A DNA stretch of 40,107 nt from assembly GCF_000315625.1 (NCBI RefSeq), contig NW_005434581.1, positions 251,689 to 291,795 of the forward strand, written 5' to 3'. The translations under genes were made by a program, and so were the position numbers. The notes beneath the pieces are model-generated. The model did not search any database, was not told the DNA's origin, and saw nothing but the letters and a program-made list of their open reading frames with translations. This stretch comes from Guillardia theta CCMP2712 (taxonomy: Eukaryota; Protista; Cryptophyta). Below, piece by piece: positions 1 through 12,139 of the stretch. Position 1 is the stretch's first letter. Each line of letters begins with the position of its first letter.

Positions 1-147
1 GACTCGGTCGATGCCGGTTTCGTGGTGGGTTCGTACAAGAAGAAGTTCAGCTGGGGGGTCGGTGGACTGTTGTCTGGAAGCTGGGGCTTTTGACCAGGCA
101 GATAGAGGCCGCCAAGGGGGACGGGTAGGATCCCTTACTTGCAAGCG
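1..147 (+). repeat. Diverged partial copy of the LamG gene segment at 3509-3655
   Basis: The first 147 nt align colinearly with 3509-3655, with scattered substitutions (gactcggtcgatgccggtttcgtggtgggttcgtacaagaagaagttcagctgggggg vs gactcgctcgatgccggtttcgtgctgggctcgtacaagaagaagttcagctgggggg). The copy includes intron sequence. Confidence 0.85.
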
Positions 148-366
148 AGGAAATGGTGGGAAAGAGAAGAAAGGAAAAAAGTCAGAAGTTTTGCGGGCAC
201 TGTTTGGTCGTGGCCCGAAGACATGAATGACAACCGTCTACCTCTGAGACCCACCCCTCTGCTCTCCGCCTCTCCCGGATCTGAAAGGATCCCCACTCCT
301 CTCCTTTGTTCACACTCGAGCAGCGCCCCTGCTCTGCTCTGCTCTGCTCTCTCCTCCCCTGCTCTC

Positions 367-1127
367 NNNNNNNNNNNNNNNNNNNNNNNNNNNNNNNNNN
401 NNNNNNNNNNNNNNNNNNNNNNNNNNNNNNNNNNNNNNNNNNNNNNNNNNNNNNNNNNNNNNNNNNNNNNNNNNNNNNNNNNNNNNNNNNNNNNNNNNNN
501 NNNNNNNNNNNNNNNNNNNNNNNNNNNNNNNNNNNNNNNNNNNNNNNNNNNNNNNNNNNNNNNNNNNNNNNNNNNNNNNNNNNNNNNNNNNNNNNNNNNN
601 NNNNNNNNNNNNNNNNNNNNNNNNNNNNNNNNNNNNNNNNNNNNNNNNNNNNNNNNNNNNNNNNNNNNNNNNNNNNNNNNNNNNNNNNNNNNNNNNNNNN
701 NNNNNNNNNNNNNNNNNNNNNNNNNNNNNNNNNNNNNNNNNNNNNNNNNNNNNNNNNNNNNNNNNNNNNNNNNNNNNNNNNNNNNNNNNNNNNNNNNNNN
801 NNNNNNNNNNNNNNNNNNNNNNNNNNNNNNNNNNNNNNNNNNNNNNNNNNNNNNNNNNNNNNNNNNNNNNNNNNNNNNNNNNNNNNNNNNNNNNNNNNNN
901 NNNNNNNNNNNNNNNNNNNNNNNNNNNNNNNNNNNNNNNNNNNNNNNNNNNNNNNNNNNNNNNNNNNNNNNNNNNNNNNNNNNNNNNNNNNNNNNNNNNN
1001 NNNNNNNNNNNNNNNNNNNNNNNNNNNNNNNNNNNNNNNNNNNNNNNNNNNNNNNNNNNNNNNNNNNNNNNNNNNNNNNNNNNNNNNNNNNNNNNNNNNN
1101 NNNNNNNNNNNNNNNNNNNNNNNNNNN
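367..1127. other. Assembly gap (N run)
   Basis: Run of N. Confidence 1.
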
Positions 1128-1202
1128 TTGTCGAGGAGGAGGAGCAAGGTAAGAAGGAGGACCAGGACGATTAAGAGGCACTTCAGGCAGTATGAGATTA
1201 CG

Positions 1203-1251
1203 TGATGATGATGATGATGATGATGATCATGAGGATGATGGTGATTGCTGC

Positions 1252-1286
<35 letters not shown>

Positions 1287-1385
1287 GGGAGGAGGAGAGG
1301 GAGGAGGAGAGGGAGGATGAGGAGGAGGAGGAGGAGGAGGAGGAGGAGGAGGAGGTGGTGGTGGTGGTAGTGGTGGTGGTTGGGT
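1203..1385. repeat. Compound microsatellite (GAT)n/(GAG)n/(GGT)n
   Basis: Seen directly. Confidence 0.95.
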
Positions 1386-1431
1386 TGGGGGGGAGGGGGG
1401 AAGAATTAGTGAAGGGAGATGTTGGTTGGAC

Positions 1432-1753
1432 CTCCTCGACGACTGTTATCTTCATGCACAAGGAGCATCGGACCTTGACAACGTCATTGTCGGTCAATCC
1501 CAGCCTGACTCCGCAGTTCTTGCATGCGATCGTCCTGGGGAGGAAGACGGGAGGAGCGTCAACGAGCACGGCTCCAGCAGAGGCAAAGAGCACGTACGGG
1601 ATCGTGCACAGCTTCAGGATCTCTGGATATCCGAGACGATGACGGGAGGAGGAGGTGGCACTGAGAGCTTTGTGCTCGGATGCCTTCTCCTCCTCTTCCA
1701 GCTCCTGCCGGCTGCTAGTCTCTTCCCCATCTTCCTCGTCCTCGTCCTCGTCC

Positions 1754-1790
<37 letters not shown>

Positions 1791-2053
1791 ACTCGTCGTA
1801 CTCCTCATCATCTGCACTCTCCCTCATACTCAGCTTCAGCCCCTACACCGCTCACCATCTTGCAACGATGCTGCCAATGGAGTCCCTCCAGGCATATGGG
1901 CCAACCGCCCGGACTCCGGCTGCCTCAAATCAAAGGCTGCAACATCGAAAGGGGAACAAGGGGAGCTACCAGCGGCATGGTCGTAGCCTGCGGCGCTTGT
2001 TCGGCGGGGACGGAGGTTGACGAGTTGAACGGCCATATCATGTTCCAATCCAT
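1432..2053 (-). CDS. Hypothetical spliced protein with an acidic tract and a CxxC-x15-CxxC zinc ribbon (LSD1-type-like); 3' end unresolved near the gap
   Basis: Phase-consistent exons read MDWNMIWPFNSSTSVPAEQAPQATTMPL | PESGRLAHMPGGTPLAASLQD | DDEEYDEYEDEDE...IACKNCGVRLGLTDNDVVKVRCSLCMKITVVEE, joined by short GT-AG introns. Downstream sequence is microsatellite followed by the gap. Confidence 0.6.
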
Positions 2054-2448
2054 GGCTTGACGATGGTCTTCCTTGCCCCTACATGAACATCAGCCGACAC
2101 CACACTTGGAAAGGTGTGTCCTGTACAGGCATGAAACACTGTCCCCCCCGTTGCTCAAATTTCGACTGCATCCTTGTCTTCATTCTTGACTGACTCACTC
2201 CTACCTCCCACCTCACCTCCCTCCTTCTTGTCCTAGATTTCTCTGTCTTTTGCACCTCTATTCTTGCCGGCAAATTACCTGCACTCTCGTTGTTGTTTCT
2301 CCATTCTTCTCCCTCTCTTGACGATCGTGAGATCCATCAGGTGGGAACGACCTCCCTCATTCCCTTCCTAACTCCTAACTCCTGCTCCTCCTGCTCCTGC
2401 TCCTGCTCCTGCTCCTCCTCCTCGTGCTGCTGTTTCTTCTCCTTCTCG

Positions 2449-2479
<31 letters not shown>

Positions 2480-2710
2480 CGCTTCTCATTTCTTCCCAGC
2501 GCGCCTCCTCAACAGTTAACTAGAAACCACTAAAAACAAGTTCAATGTGCTTATATTTAACTTAATTATTGCTATGAATCACCTTAATATAAGAACTTTT
2601 AGCATACATTTCAGCTAATTTAGCTCTCAAGTGACCCAATTTAACAAAGTTTCGAGTTACCTTTTTATCATGGTCAGCGCGGGGATGCGGTCCATTTCCG
2701 AGGGGTCGCC

Positions 2711-4981
2711 ATGGCAGGGTGGCGGGGCAGGACAGTGGCGTCCATGGGAGGGAACGTGCTGCTGCTGCTGCTCATTCTCGTGCAGAGGAGGCAGGAAGAG
2801 GGGGCAGATGAACCCACAACCCTCCTCAGGAAGCAGCATGCGCACGAGCTATTGCAGGACGGCTCGAGCTCGCGCACGGTCCCCCTCACGCAGATCGAAG
2901 CGATCCTTCGGAATGCCGCGAGGAAGGCGGGGGAGTTCGATAGGAGGACGGCAGGCCAGGGGAAGGATGATGATGCAGTAGGCTATCTGAAGGCTGCAGC
3001 ACACCATCCTGCGAAGCAACATCACACCAACAACCACAAGAAGCTTGTAGTTCTCCATGCCCGGCAGGCTGCTGAGGCGGAGCACAAAGCCAGGCAGAAC
3101 GCGTTCAAGGAGATGAAGCGCCAAGCGCTTTCCGGAGTGCATGCTGAGATCCAGTTCAACTGGCAGGGAGTTGCCTTCGGACAGCCGACGCCGCGTCTTG
3201 CCAATGAGACCGACAGCGAGGAGGCTGAGGAGCCCGAGCCTGCTCGGGAGGAGAACGCTCCCCCGAACGTGATGCGCTTCACCGGATCAGACTGCACGCC
3301 AGCCGTTGTGATCGGCAAGGGAGGAGTGGCGCCATGGGAGGACACCTTCCCCAAGGGCCCTCTGAACCAGATCACTGTGGAGGCATGGGTAAAGGACTGT
3401 GAGCTGCAGGACTTCGGGGGCTACCTAGGGGTCATCGACGTTACCAACAAGCCCAACGAGCCAGGATCCAACGGAGTCTGGTGGGACCTGGCTGGAGGAG
3501 AGGACCCTGACTCGCTCGATGCCGGTTTCGTGCTGGGCTCGTACAAGAAGAAGTTCAGCTGGGGGGTAGGTGGACTGTTGGCTGGAAGCAGGAGATTTTG
3601 ACCAGGCTGATAGGTGGCGTCAGAGGGGACGGGTAGGATCTCTTACTTGCAAGCGCCGACGTGGTGAGAAAGAGGAGCAAGAGAAGGAGGAGGAAGTGGT
3701 TGCGGTGGTTGCGGTGGTGGTGGAAGAGGAGAGGAGGGAGTCAGTGTGTGAGGAGAGGAGATTTTGCTAACAATGCTGCAGGCTGTCTCGCCCTAACCAG
3801 TGCGAGTGGGTTCATCTTGCTGGGACATACGACGGGGCGACGATGCTGCTCTATGTCGATGGGCTGCTGACGTGAGATCCTGCCCTCCTCTCTCCTTCAG
3901 ACGCTCCCAGTACCTCCCATACCCTGACCATCTTGCTCGTCCACTACCTGCTCCTGCTCCTGCTCTTCGTCTCCCTCCTCCTTCGTCCTCATCCCTCTCC
4001 TTCACTAGACGTCCTCCCGTCGCCATCATCTTGACTCTCCTCTGCAGTCACTGTCAGGTGGTCCAGAGTGGGCCCGTCGCCATGCCAGCCAACCCGGTGA
4101 TGCTCGTCGGGGGATACTCGACGGCTCCTCCCCTCAAGGGGGCGAATCCTTCGACCCTGACGGGGCTACTGGACGAGGTTCGAGTGTGGACCATCGCGAG
4201 GACTGGCGCCGACATCGCAAGCTTCATGCACGACACCCTCATCACCCCTATGGACCAGCTGGCCATTTACTTCCGATTCGACGGGCAGTCTGAACACAAG
4301 AGCCCCAAGATTTGCTCCGAGGTCAACGGTGTGAAGGCGTACAAGGGCTGCGACTCTGACGTGGCGGAGATAGCCTCCCCCGTCTCGCAGACTGGCCCAC
4401 CTATGGGTTGTGGCCCCGCTGCCCCCCCCGGCGACAGGACGCTGCTGAACCCAGACTACTTCCACACGACCTTCAACCCGTCGATGGGAAGCTTTTTGAG
4501 GGAAAACCTCGAGGACTGCGGGCCCGACCACAACTCATGTAAGGAGAAGAGGAGGAGGCGCCTGAGGAGGAGGAGATGATGGAGGTGGCGGAGGAGGGAG
4601 GAGGAGGAGGAGGAGGAGGAGATGATGGTGGTGGCGGAGGAGGGAGGAAGAGGGAGGAGGAGGAGGAGGAGGAGGAGGAGGGAGAAGGAAAAGGGGGTGA
4701 AGGGAGAAAGAGGTGGAGGAGGGAGGGTAGGAAGAAGGAGAGAGAGGGGGGTAGCTGGACGGGAGCAAGTGACGGGGAGGTCTGTTTGGGGTGGGGGAGT
4801 TAGGAAGGGAAGAGACAAAACTGACTTGGTACAGGTGACGGAGGGGCGTACACGGACCCTGACTACAATCGAGCTGGTTTCTACTGAAGTCGAGGGATGT
4901 GACTTAACCTCCGTTGAAGAGAGAAAGAAGAATGAAGTTTTCAGAAAGACTGTCAATTGGTTGATGTCAGGTCCTGTGTGA
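2711..4981 (+). CDS. Probably secreted LamG-like jellyroll (concanavalin A-like lectin/glucanase, Laminin_G_3) domain protein, multi-exon
   Basis: The N-terminus is hydrophobic (MGGNVLLLLLILVQ; alternative start 2744). Classic LamG motifs lie in successive exons: ITVEAWVK, WVHLAGTYDGATMLLYVDG (about 3806-3863) and GLLDEVRVWTIARTGADIASFM...LAIYFRFD. The terminal exons read DGGAYTDPDYNRA | GPV-stop at 4979-4981. Confidence 0.85.
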
Positions 4982-5385
4982 AGACTTGACAAGCACGTTG
5001 AAAGCGTCTGTCTGTATTGCTACGTTGAATGTTGTACGTGAAGAATGAATGAATATGATGATTGAGCGGCACTGATCTGGTGGGTGCGCTTTGTAATGCA
5101 TCACATTGTGGTGCTTGCATGACGGGCGAATGTCTCATGGAAGTGAAGCAAGTTTAAGCTGTCCCGAAATGAACATGAAAAATTCTCTGCAAAGAGCATT
5201 GTACTTATTAAGGAGCCTTCAACCTCTTCCCTCCCTCCCTCCCTCCCTCCCTCCCTCCCTCCCTCCCTCCCTCCCCTTCCGAAGTTCATGAGATGATGAA
5301 TAGAAGGAGAGTGGTAAAGGACGTTGAAGCAGATGGTTCTCAATCATTGTCATTATGTACATTACTTGTTCACACACGGTCACTT

Positions 5386-7410
5386 TCAACAGCATTCACA
5401 ATGTTTCAAATACACAAAGATCCTTTGGATCTCCCCGCCTGCTCAACGAGCCTCGTCAGACCCTTGCGCGCGAAGTCGTCAGGTTCCTACTCACCTTTAC
5501 ATGAGGCTTTTACCTCGCAAGACATGCCGTGTTTGTAAACAGGGCCTGTAAACTACTTGCAACTCAGCTGTCGACCATGACCATGGCGACTCAGCAAGTT
5601 TACCTCCCAGTCCTGCAGGTCCCATCGGAAAAGTTTTGACGCAGCCTGAGAGGGTTGGTAAAAGAACAAGAAGCATGCGAGAATCAAGTTGAAACCTTCA
5701 CGTCGTCACCGGAAATCTTTACATTCACGTAGATCATCACGTTCCAAACCTGACAATCAGTCAAGATGAATTCAACATGGCAGAGAACAATGTCACATGT
5801 AATATCATGGGAAAATAGACATTCCTTGACGGAGAGAAGAAAATTTTAGGATGCTGTAAGAGGTTGCCAGGATTCATCTTAGATAGTTCGCTGTTGAGGC
5901 ATTTCAGCGAAGGAGAAAGAGTGGGATCGCAGGCGGAAGAGAGGAGGAGGGAGGGAGGGAGGGAGAGAGAGAAAAGGGAAGGGGAGAGGTTGGAGGGAAT
6001 AAAGCATCTCACACCTCATTAGAATGTTAGCATGTTGTATCAGCCCTGCTTTGAAATCAACAACAACAACAACAACAACCAACTTCTTTTGTTGGTTCAT
6101 GAACCGACCGTCATCGCTGGAAATCAAGATCCCAACAGGAGCCTGCGATCAAACATGTAAGAAAGAATAAGAAGGACGGAGCAAAGAGGAAGAGAAGTTC
6201 AAAGAGGGAAGGCAAGCGAGGGAATAGAGAGGAGGTGGGAGCAGGGGATGGAAGCGAAGGGAACAGGTTGGTGGGGAGGTGAGGCTGCTGAGGAGAGTAA
6301 GGACTATCAGTTCTGTCATACAAGGTCGAAGGCATGTCTCCATGGTTGATAGGACATTGCAATGTCTTCGGCTGCTACAGACAGTGTCATCGATCGCACC
6401 AACCCAGGCTCGACGTACCTAATTTCTTCTTCAAATGTCCATCCTCTCCTTTCCTGTTCGCCACCAACAAGAGCCGAACCGTCAGAAAGGTTTCAAGTCA
6501 ACGAGATCAGCAGAGTCGCACACCTTCTCAACCAGTGCAGCGTTGCTTCAAGCACCACAGACTGCAGGATGATGTCAACCGTCAAGGATCCCATGTAACA
6601 TGAAAGCAAGGCAAGCAGGGAACATACCACGTTCGGATGTAATCCTGGTCTTGTCTTACAGCCCACCGTAGCTTGCAACTCAGCAATCATCTTTCTCACT
6701 GTCCTCTTAATGTCAAATTGATCGCGTGCTCATGAAAGTTTGGTCATCCTACTTGTTTCTCTTCGGTTTCTCTCCACCAGCTTGTGCTTCCCCCTCCTGC
6801 CCCGGCCCATCAGCCTAACGACAAGCACAACTCTATCCACCTGTCGAGAGAAGATCCCGCTGAAAAGAGAAGTCTTGAAGAGGACGATGCAACCGATGCT
6901 GTCAAGACAGGAGTTCAGAGGACACGACCTGCTCAGCCAAGTTTGGCAGACCTGCATCGTCAACTTCCTCTTCACCATCATGATCGTCGGACCATGAACG
7001 ACCTGCTGTCAATCCGCCCCACATCATTCTACATGTGCTGGCGCAGGTAGTCATTCTCACCTTCTATCTTGACGTCCTCATGGGCAACCGGTAGCTCAAC
7101 GTTGAAGTCCGGGGGGACCTGAAGGTTATGATTAAGACTTGCGAATCGCTATACCTCTCCTCAAATCTACCGCTGTGAGATTAAGGCCGCCGGCAGCAAG
7201 GAGCCCGTCGATGTCGATGGCTCTCTCTTTCTTTTCCATGAGATCGTTGAAGTCCCCGTACCCCTTTGACTTGAGGGTGTACGGCTCCGCGATATCCACC
7301 ACCGGCTCCTTGCACTGACCACGTGATAATATTTTCATGCTTGGTATTGAACTTCCGATATCATTCCAAAAGCTTCGTGTGCAGAAAGAATGATGAGGTC
7401 AGTCCTGCAG
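5386..7410 (-). CDS. Hypothetical multi-exon protein with a possible CS/p23-like (HSP20-like) C-terminal domain; 5' end uncertain
   Basis: Exon-like pieces bounded by short GT-AG introns read CKEPVVDIAEPYTLKSKGYGDFNDLMEKKERAIDIDG, PPDFNVELPVAHEDVKIE, LLQHPKIFFSPSRN | VWNVMIYVNVKISGDDVK | AASKLFRWDLQDWE | FTGPVYKHGMSCEVKASCK | GGEIQRIFVYLKHCECC-stop. The CS-like call is a weak resemblance only. Confidence 0.5.
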
Positions 7411-7719
7411 AACCATGCTGCTCAGAAATAGAAAATATAACTCAGGAATGCATCAACATATCTAGTTGAAATGAAGTGACGCCAAGAGGAAACAGACGCG
7501 CAAGTAAAGCGAGAAGGAAGCAGAAGAAGTAATGCAGAGGAGCCGCAGGAACAGCCAAAGGGAGTAGAAGAAGTAGGAGCAGGTGCAGGAGTAGCAGGAG
7601 TACAAGGAGTACAAGGAGCAGCAGGAGCAGCAGAACAGTCAGACTGGAGAAAGTGAAGGGGGTCTGCTACAGAGGAGACTGGGCTGCGAAAGAGGCGGTG
7701 AGAGCGAAGGGGAAAAGGT

Positions 7720-8400
7720 TGCACAGGAAGGGGGGTGGGGTATGTTTTATGGTTTATAACTATTTTTATGCGAATGACCCCAGATGCACCTATGAAATTT
7801 CTTCTTTTCCCCCGGGAGGGGTCATTGACCAGATCACGCAAGTTAAAACACTGTTTTTAAAACATTATTGACGTCCATGAAATGGGGGGGTGGGGTAAAG
7901 AGTTGGGCAACGCGTTTCTTATCTGCTGACGTTATGATGTCAGGGGCTGCAACCGACCTCGAAATATTTCTGGAAACTTTCAAATTCTCTGTAAGATTTT
8001 CAAAACCATCTCCGATATTTAAAACAATTATAAACATGGTACAGGCCCATTGGTGACGGTTGGGAGGCGCAGGGAGACTACCCCTTTACTGATCCCGTCT
8101 ACACAGGTGTAAAGGAGGGTGGTAAGTCAACTGGAACGGCCTCCAATGGCAACCCTCACCCCTACTTTACACTGAGATAACCACGGGTGATGGCTGGGTA
8201 CAATTCTTGGTTCCGTTCTCTACAAAAATGTTCCATGACATGAAGATTAGCAAGAGAGCATTGGAATTAAGTTGGATAAATCCCTTTCTCAAGGATTAAA
8301 AGGGGTGCAAATAGAAGATTAACAGGCCCTATTTTGGGATCTTGAATAATTAAGAGGCTGGGTCTGTCAAATGGAAATCAAGATATCTTCGTTTTATAAC
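7720..8400. repeat. Degenerate non-coding ACCCC/GGGGT-rich dispersed repeat tract
   Basis: Lower GC and no credible ORF. GACTACCCC, TACCCC and GGGGT motifs recur here and at 16660-16830, 25300-25417, 28900-29390 and 35300-36070. Confidence 0.5.
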
Positions 8401-8439
8401 TCAAATATCAAAAGAAAAAAAACCTCATGGTCTCCGATG

Positions 8440-9540
8440 CAAAGATGAAACGGTTCGGCCTTCACATCGGAACCGCCCGAGTCACGTGTGTCCCCTTCAC
8501 CTGTCAGCCCCTCCCCGGCGGCTCCGGTTCCGTGGCCGTCCGGCCCTCCGCCCAGGTAGAACCTTCGAGATAAGTCTCTATAACCGCAACGGTTGGCGGC
8601 CGCCGACTCCGGGTGACGCGGCGGTCCGAGGTCCGAGGTCTGATCTCCAGGTATCAACTCTTGTGGTCACGGGGTCAGCCCTGGGGTCAGCTCGCCAGTT
8701 GTGGCACGAACCATCTGCTGGCACTGTACCCTCTGACGGAGTCCTCGTACTGATTTTAGCTTACCTTTGAGTAAAAGTTCTTCCCGTGCCGCCGCAAGTT
8801 ACTAATTTATTGACATAAATTGGTCAATTATGCCCGCCAGTCAGCTCAGTTGTACCGGTACTCGAAGTTAAGTAAAAGCTTCGTGGAAGAACGGAAGTTG
8901 ATCAGGCAAACCGAACCGCCGTGAGTTGCCCGTTGCCTCCGAGTCACCAGGGAGGGGGAGGGGGGTGGGGGGTGGGGGGTGGCGGAGGGTAGAGGGAGGG
9001 GGAGGGGGACGGGGCCCCCGACTGAGGGGCTGGACGTGGAGGGGCTGGGGGGAGGCCATGGGACTCCGGGTGCAGGCCGAGGGGGACNNNNNNNNNNNNN
9101 NNNNNNNNNNNNNNNNNNNNNNNNNNNNNNNNNNNNNNNNNNNNNNNNNNNNNNNNNNNNNNNNNNNNNNNNNNNNNNNNNNNNNNNCAGGGTCTTCCCA
9201 GGCGACCTGTTTGAAAACATTACGAAGTTGGAAGTTAAAGTTTTTTTTATGCTTTTCAGGTTGAGTTGCAGTCCGGGACCTTGGAGCGGCTTGGAGAAGA
9301 GTACCGCGGTTGAGTACCTGAACTTCCGAACTCCGAAAAGTTGCAGTGCCCGCCGCGGCCCGGGGGGGGGGGCGGGGGTAACCGTCCGATCACAGTTGAA
9401 CCGGCGTACGGTACGGCCCAGTATTGAAAACCGTTGCAAGGTCAGTGATCAGAACTCGGAATCGGAAACTGAAAGCAGTTCGAGTCCGACAACTTGGCTT
9501 GCCAAAGACTGAGAGATCGACTCGGTAGCATTCCATGGCA
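8440..9540. repeat. GC-rich CCGG/GGCC, palindrome-rich degenerate repeat tract (contains gap 9088-9187)
   Basis: Dense ccgg, ggcc, gactc/gagtc and aactc motifs with no coding signature. Composition matches 12140-12780. Confidence 0.45.
9088..9187. other. Assembly gap (100 N)
   Basis: Run of N. Confidence 1.
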
Positions 9541-9849
9541 TTTTCTAATGCTCGCTTTTGATCATTTTCGAGCGGGGTACTTCAGCCCAGGATTTTTGAA
9601 TGGTCGGCGCACTGAAAATTTGTACCAGAAACTTCGATAATGGTTGAAAGTATGTTTGAATCGGGGACCGTGTCGAGCAGTTTTAGGTTTACAAGTATTC
9701 TTGCTTCCTCCAAACAACAAGGTTTCAAACATTAAAACTATTTTTGACCTTACACGCTTTTACACGCCTGGGGGGTGCATATACAACCAAATTGCCTGCC
9801 CTCCCCCTTCCCCCATTGCTGCATCCGCACCCGCCGGCGCAGGCGGCGT

Positions 9850-11503
9850 TTGTTTGAATCCCAGATGGCTCTCAGCCAATGGCTCTTTCATCGTATTCAA
9901 GCTCCAGGCCATCCAAGGTTGGATCATGTGTGAATGTTTGTACTTTTTGCGGCATACTGCAAGACGACGTTTCAAACAGCTCGAGCTTGTTTTTCAAAGG
10001 AAGCTGTAGGAATCAGCATCGCCATGGATTCCAGAGCCTAGGGCTGTTTTCGAATCCATTTGATGCTCATTGCAAGATGGAGAATTGCTCGTTTTTGGTG
10101 ATCAAGCATCCACAACCCTCTTTCGTATGATTGAGCTTCGAGCACATCTCTGACTGTAGAGTTGTTTGGTGTCAAGATTGTTTCTCGTAAAGGATCTCTC
10201 TGATTAGGCAATTGATTGTTGTTTTGATTGGCATTCTACAAGACCCATACTTCCTCCTCTCTGTGTCAACCAAGCACATAAGCATAAGGCATGTCAGTCG
10301 TGTAGGCAACTTGATTGCAAATAGATCGCAAGTGTAAGATCGATGAACTATTCAACGCCATGAATGCCGGATGTGAATGAACTTCCCTCAGGACTTCTCA
10401 GTATCGGAACCAGCGAGCTAAGACATAAGGTAGAGTCTCCATTGAATATCATTCCTGCGAATGTAATGTTTTTATCAGTTGTGGGGAAGAGAAGCATGGA
10501 GACAAGCGGGTGCCCAAGCGAATAAGAACATCTTGCGGATGTAGGTTTGGACAAAGACGGCGCCGATTCCGAGGTTGTGAAACAGGCAGCGAAAAGATGC
10601 TGAGGTTTTCGGAGTTCATAAACATGGCTTGTGACGAGCATGTCACACGTAAAGCGATGGAAAACAACAAACAAAAATTGTAAAGCAATCGAAAGCAACG
10701 AAAATCAATGGAAAACAACAAACAAAAATTCTTCTCAAAGGTCTCACTCCTTGACATCAACCACTGATCGAACATCTTTTTGACCTCGGTCATATCTCGA
10801 CAAATCCGATTGTACTCCGCCGCTGAACAGAAAGTTGTTTGCGCCATCTTTTCAACGAGTGGTGCCGGTAGTTTGCAATCGAGAAGTGAGAGATTTCACA
10901 GTATTTATTATTTTCGATGTCGTCTTCATGAAAAAATATATACCCATGCACTCTGAAATTATCGTGGAAATCATCGTTGGCATGCTCCAACATGCAAGGA
11001 AAGCTGAAGAAACACATTTTTGGTATAGCATTTATTTCATCCGTATCCTTGTAAATTGATTGATAACAATCACGGTTTCCAACTTTGTTCAAAATTCTTT
11101 TCAGGGCCACACAGGGCACTCGATTAGTTATAATGGTTTCGTCTACATGTTCCAAGAGGACTCCATTGTACATGATGTACACTTCGACAACCTGTGCATC
11201 TGAGTGCAGCGATTTGATCATCCCCAGTCGATTCACTTCAACGCCCCTGTGATCTTCACACTGATATTGAACCCCTGTGCCAGGCTCAAGCATAATATTC
11301 AAATTACTGCCTGGCTTTTTCCAGTACATCCTGCGCAAGTCTCGATCATCAACTGACGTATGCAGGATCATTCGAAGCTTCAAATCTTCAGGTGTCTTTG
11401 ACTCATCACAAGTCTCTTCCTGCTCCAAGAATGTATCGCAATCTTCCTGCCTTCGCCTTCTCTGAATTCCATTTGTTGCTGATACACGACGGTGAAGATT
11501 CAT
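9850..11503 (-). pseudogene. Low-GC, intron-free, frameshifted ORF remnant (possible virus- or transposon-derived gene)
   Basis: The 237-aa ORF at 10790-11503 overlaps a 132-aa ORF at 10449-10847 in another frame. Further protein-like pieces broken by stops follow (HPLVSMLLFPTTDKNITFAGMIFNG; KNKLELFETSSCSMPQKVQTFTHDPTLDGLELEYDE). Codons are AT-rich, unlike host genes. Confidence 0.5.
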
Positions 11504-12139
11504 TTGTTTGGTGTCTATAACTGGAGCGCAAGGGAAACGGAAGCAACGGGGAGGGAGGGGAGCAGGGGGGAGGGAGGGAGCAGGGAGGAAGGGAGGGGAG
11601 CAGGGGGGAGGGAGGGAGGGAGAAGAGCAGGAAGGAGGAGGGGAGGGATACTTGCAATGGAGATCTCAGGATTTTTAATGAATTTTTATTTGCTCTTTGA
11701 TCGGGGGCAAGGGGACCTGTGTTTCGGTGGCACCCTATAGACATGGGGTAGGTATCTATATAAAACAACCGGTGTAGAAAAAAAAGATTGCCGTTGCTAG
11801 CTGGCATACGACTCCTTGATTTGAAAACAAAAATACTTATTGGCTAGATTTACTACACTCGTCAATGGCTGACACTAATAAGATTTCATGAGCGTGTATC
11901 GAAATATACGAATAGCCCTACCCCCTCCATATCAGACAAACATACCGGTACACAGGGTAGAGAGCAGCCAAGAGGCGTGTAAGCCGGAACTCAAATGCTT
12001 AAAACAAATATAAAAGAGTACTGAGTGGTACAAATCATTCTGGTACAAAATTGACTAAAAACTGTATGCTTATGATCAAATTAACAGGTACAAGTGTTTG
12101 TTAAAAGGATATTAATTTATAATTGGGCATTAGTAAATG

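Noticed and set aside
135-1205. Long ORFs of 299-348 aa (also 25361-26130, 8846-9512 and 34570-35423)
   Set aside because: They are artefacts of translating through N gaps.
10657-10730. Repeat-spacer-repeat (23/28/23 nt) resembling a mini CRISPR array
   Set aside because: There are only two copies, the repeat is low-complexity and non-palindromic, the context is eukaryotic, and no cas genes are present.
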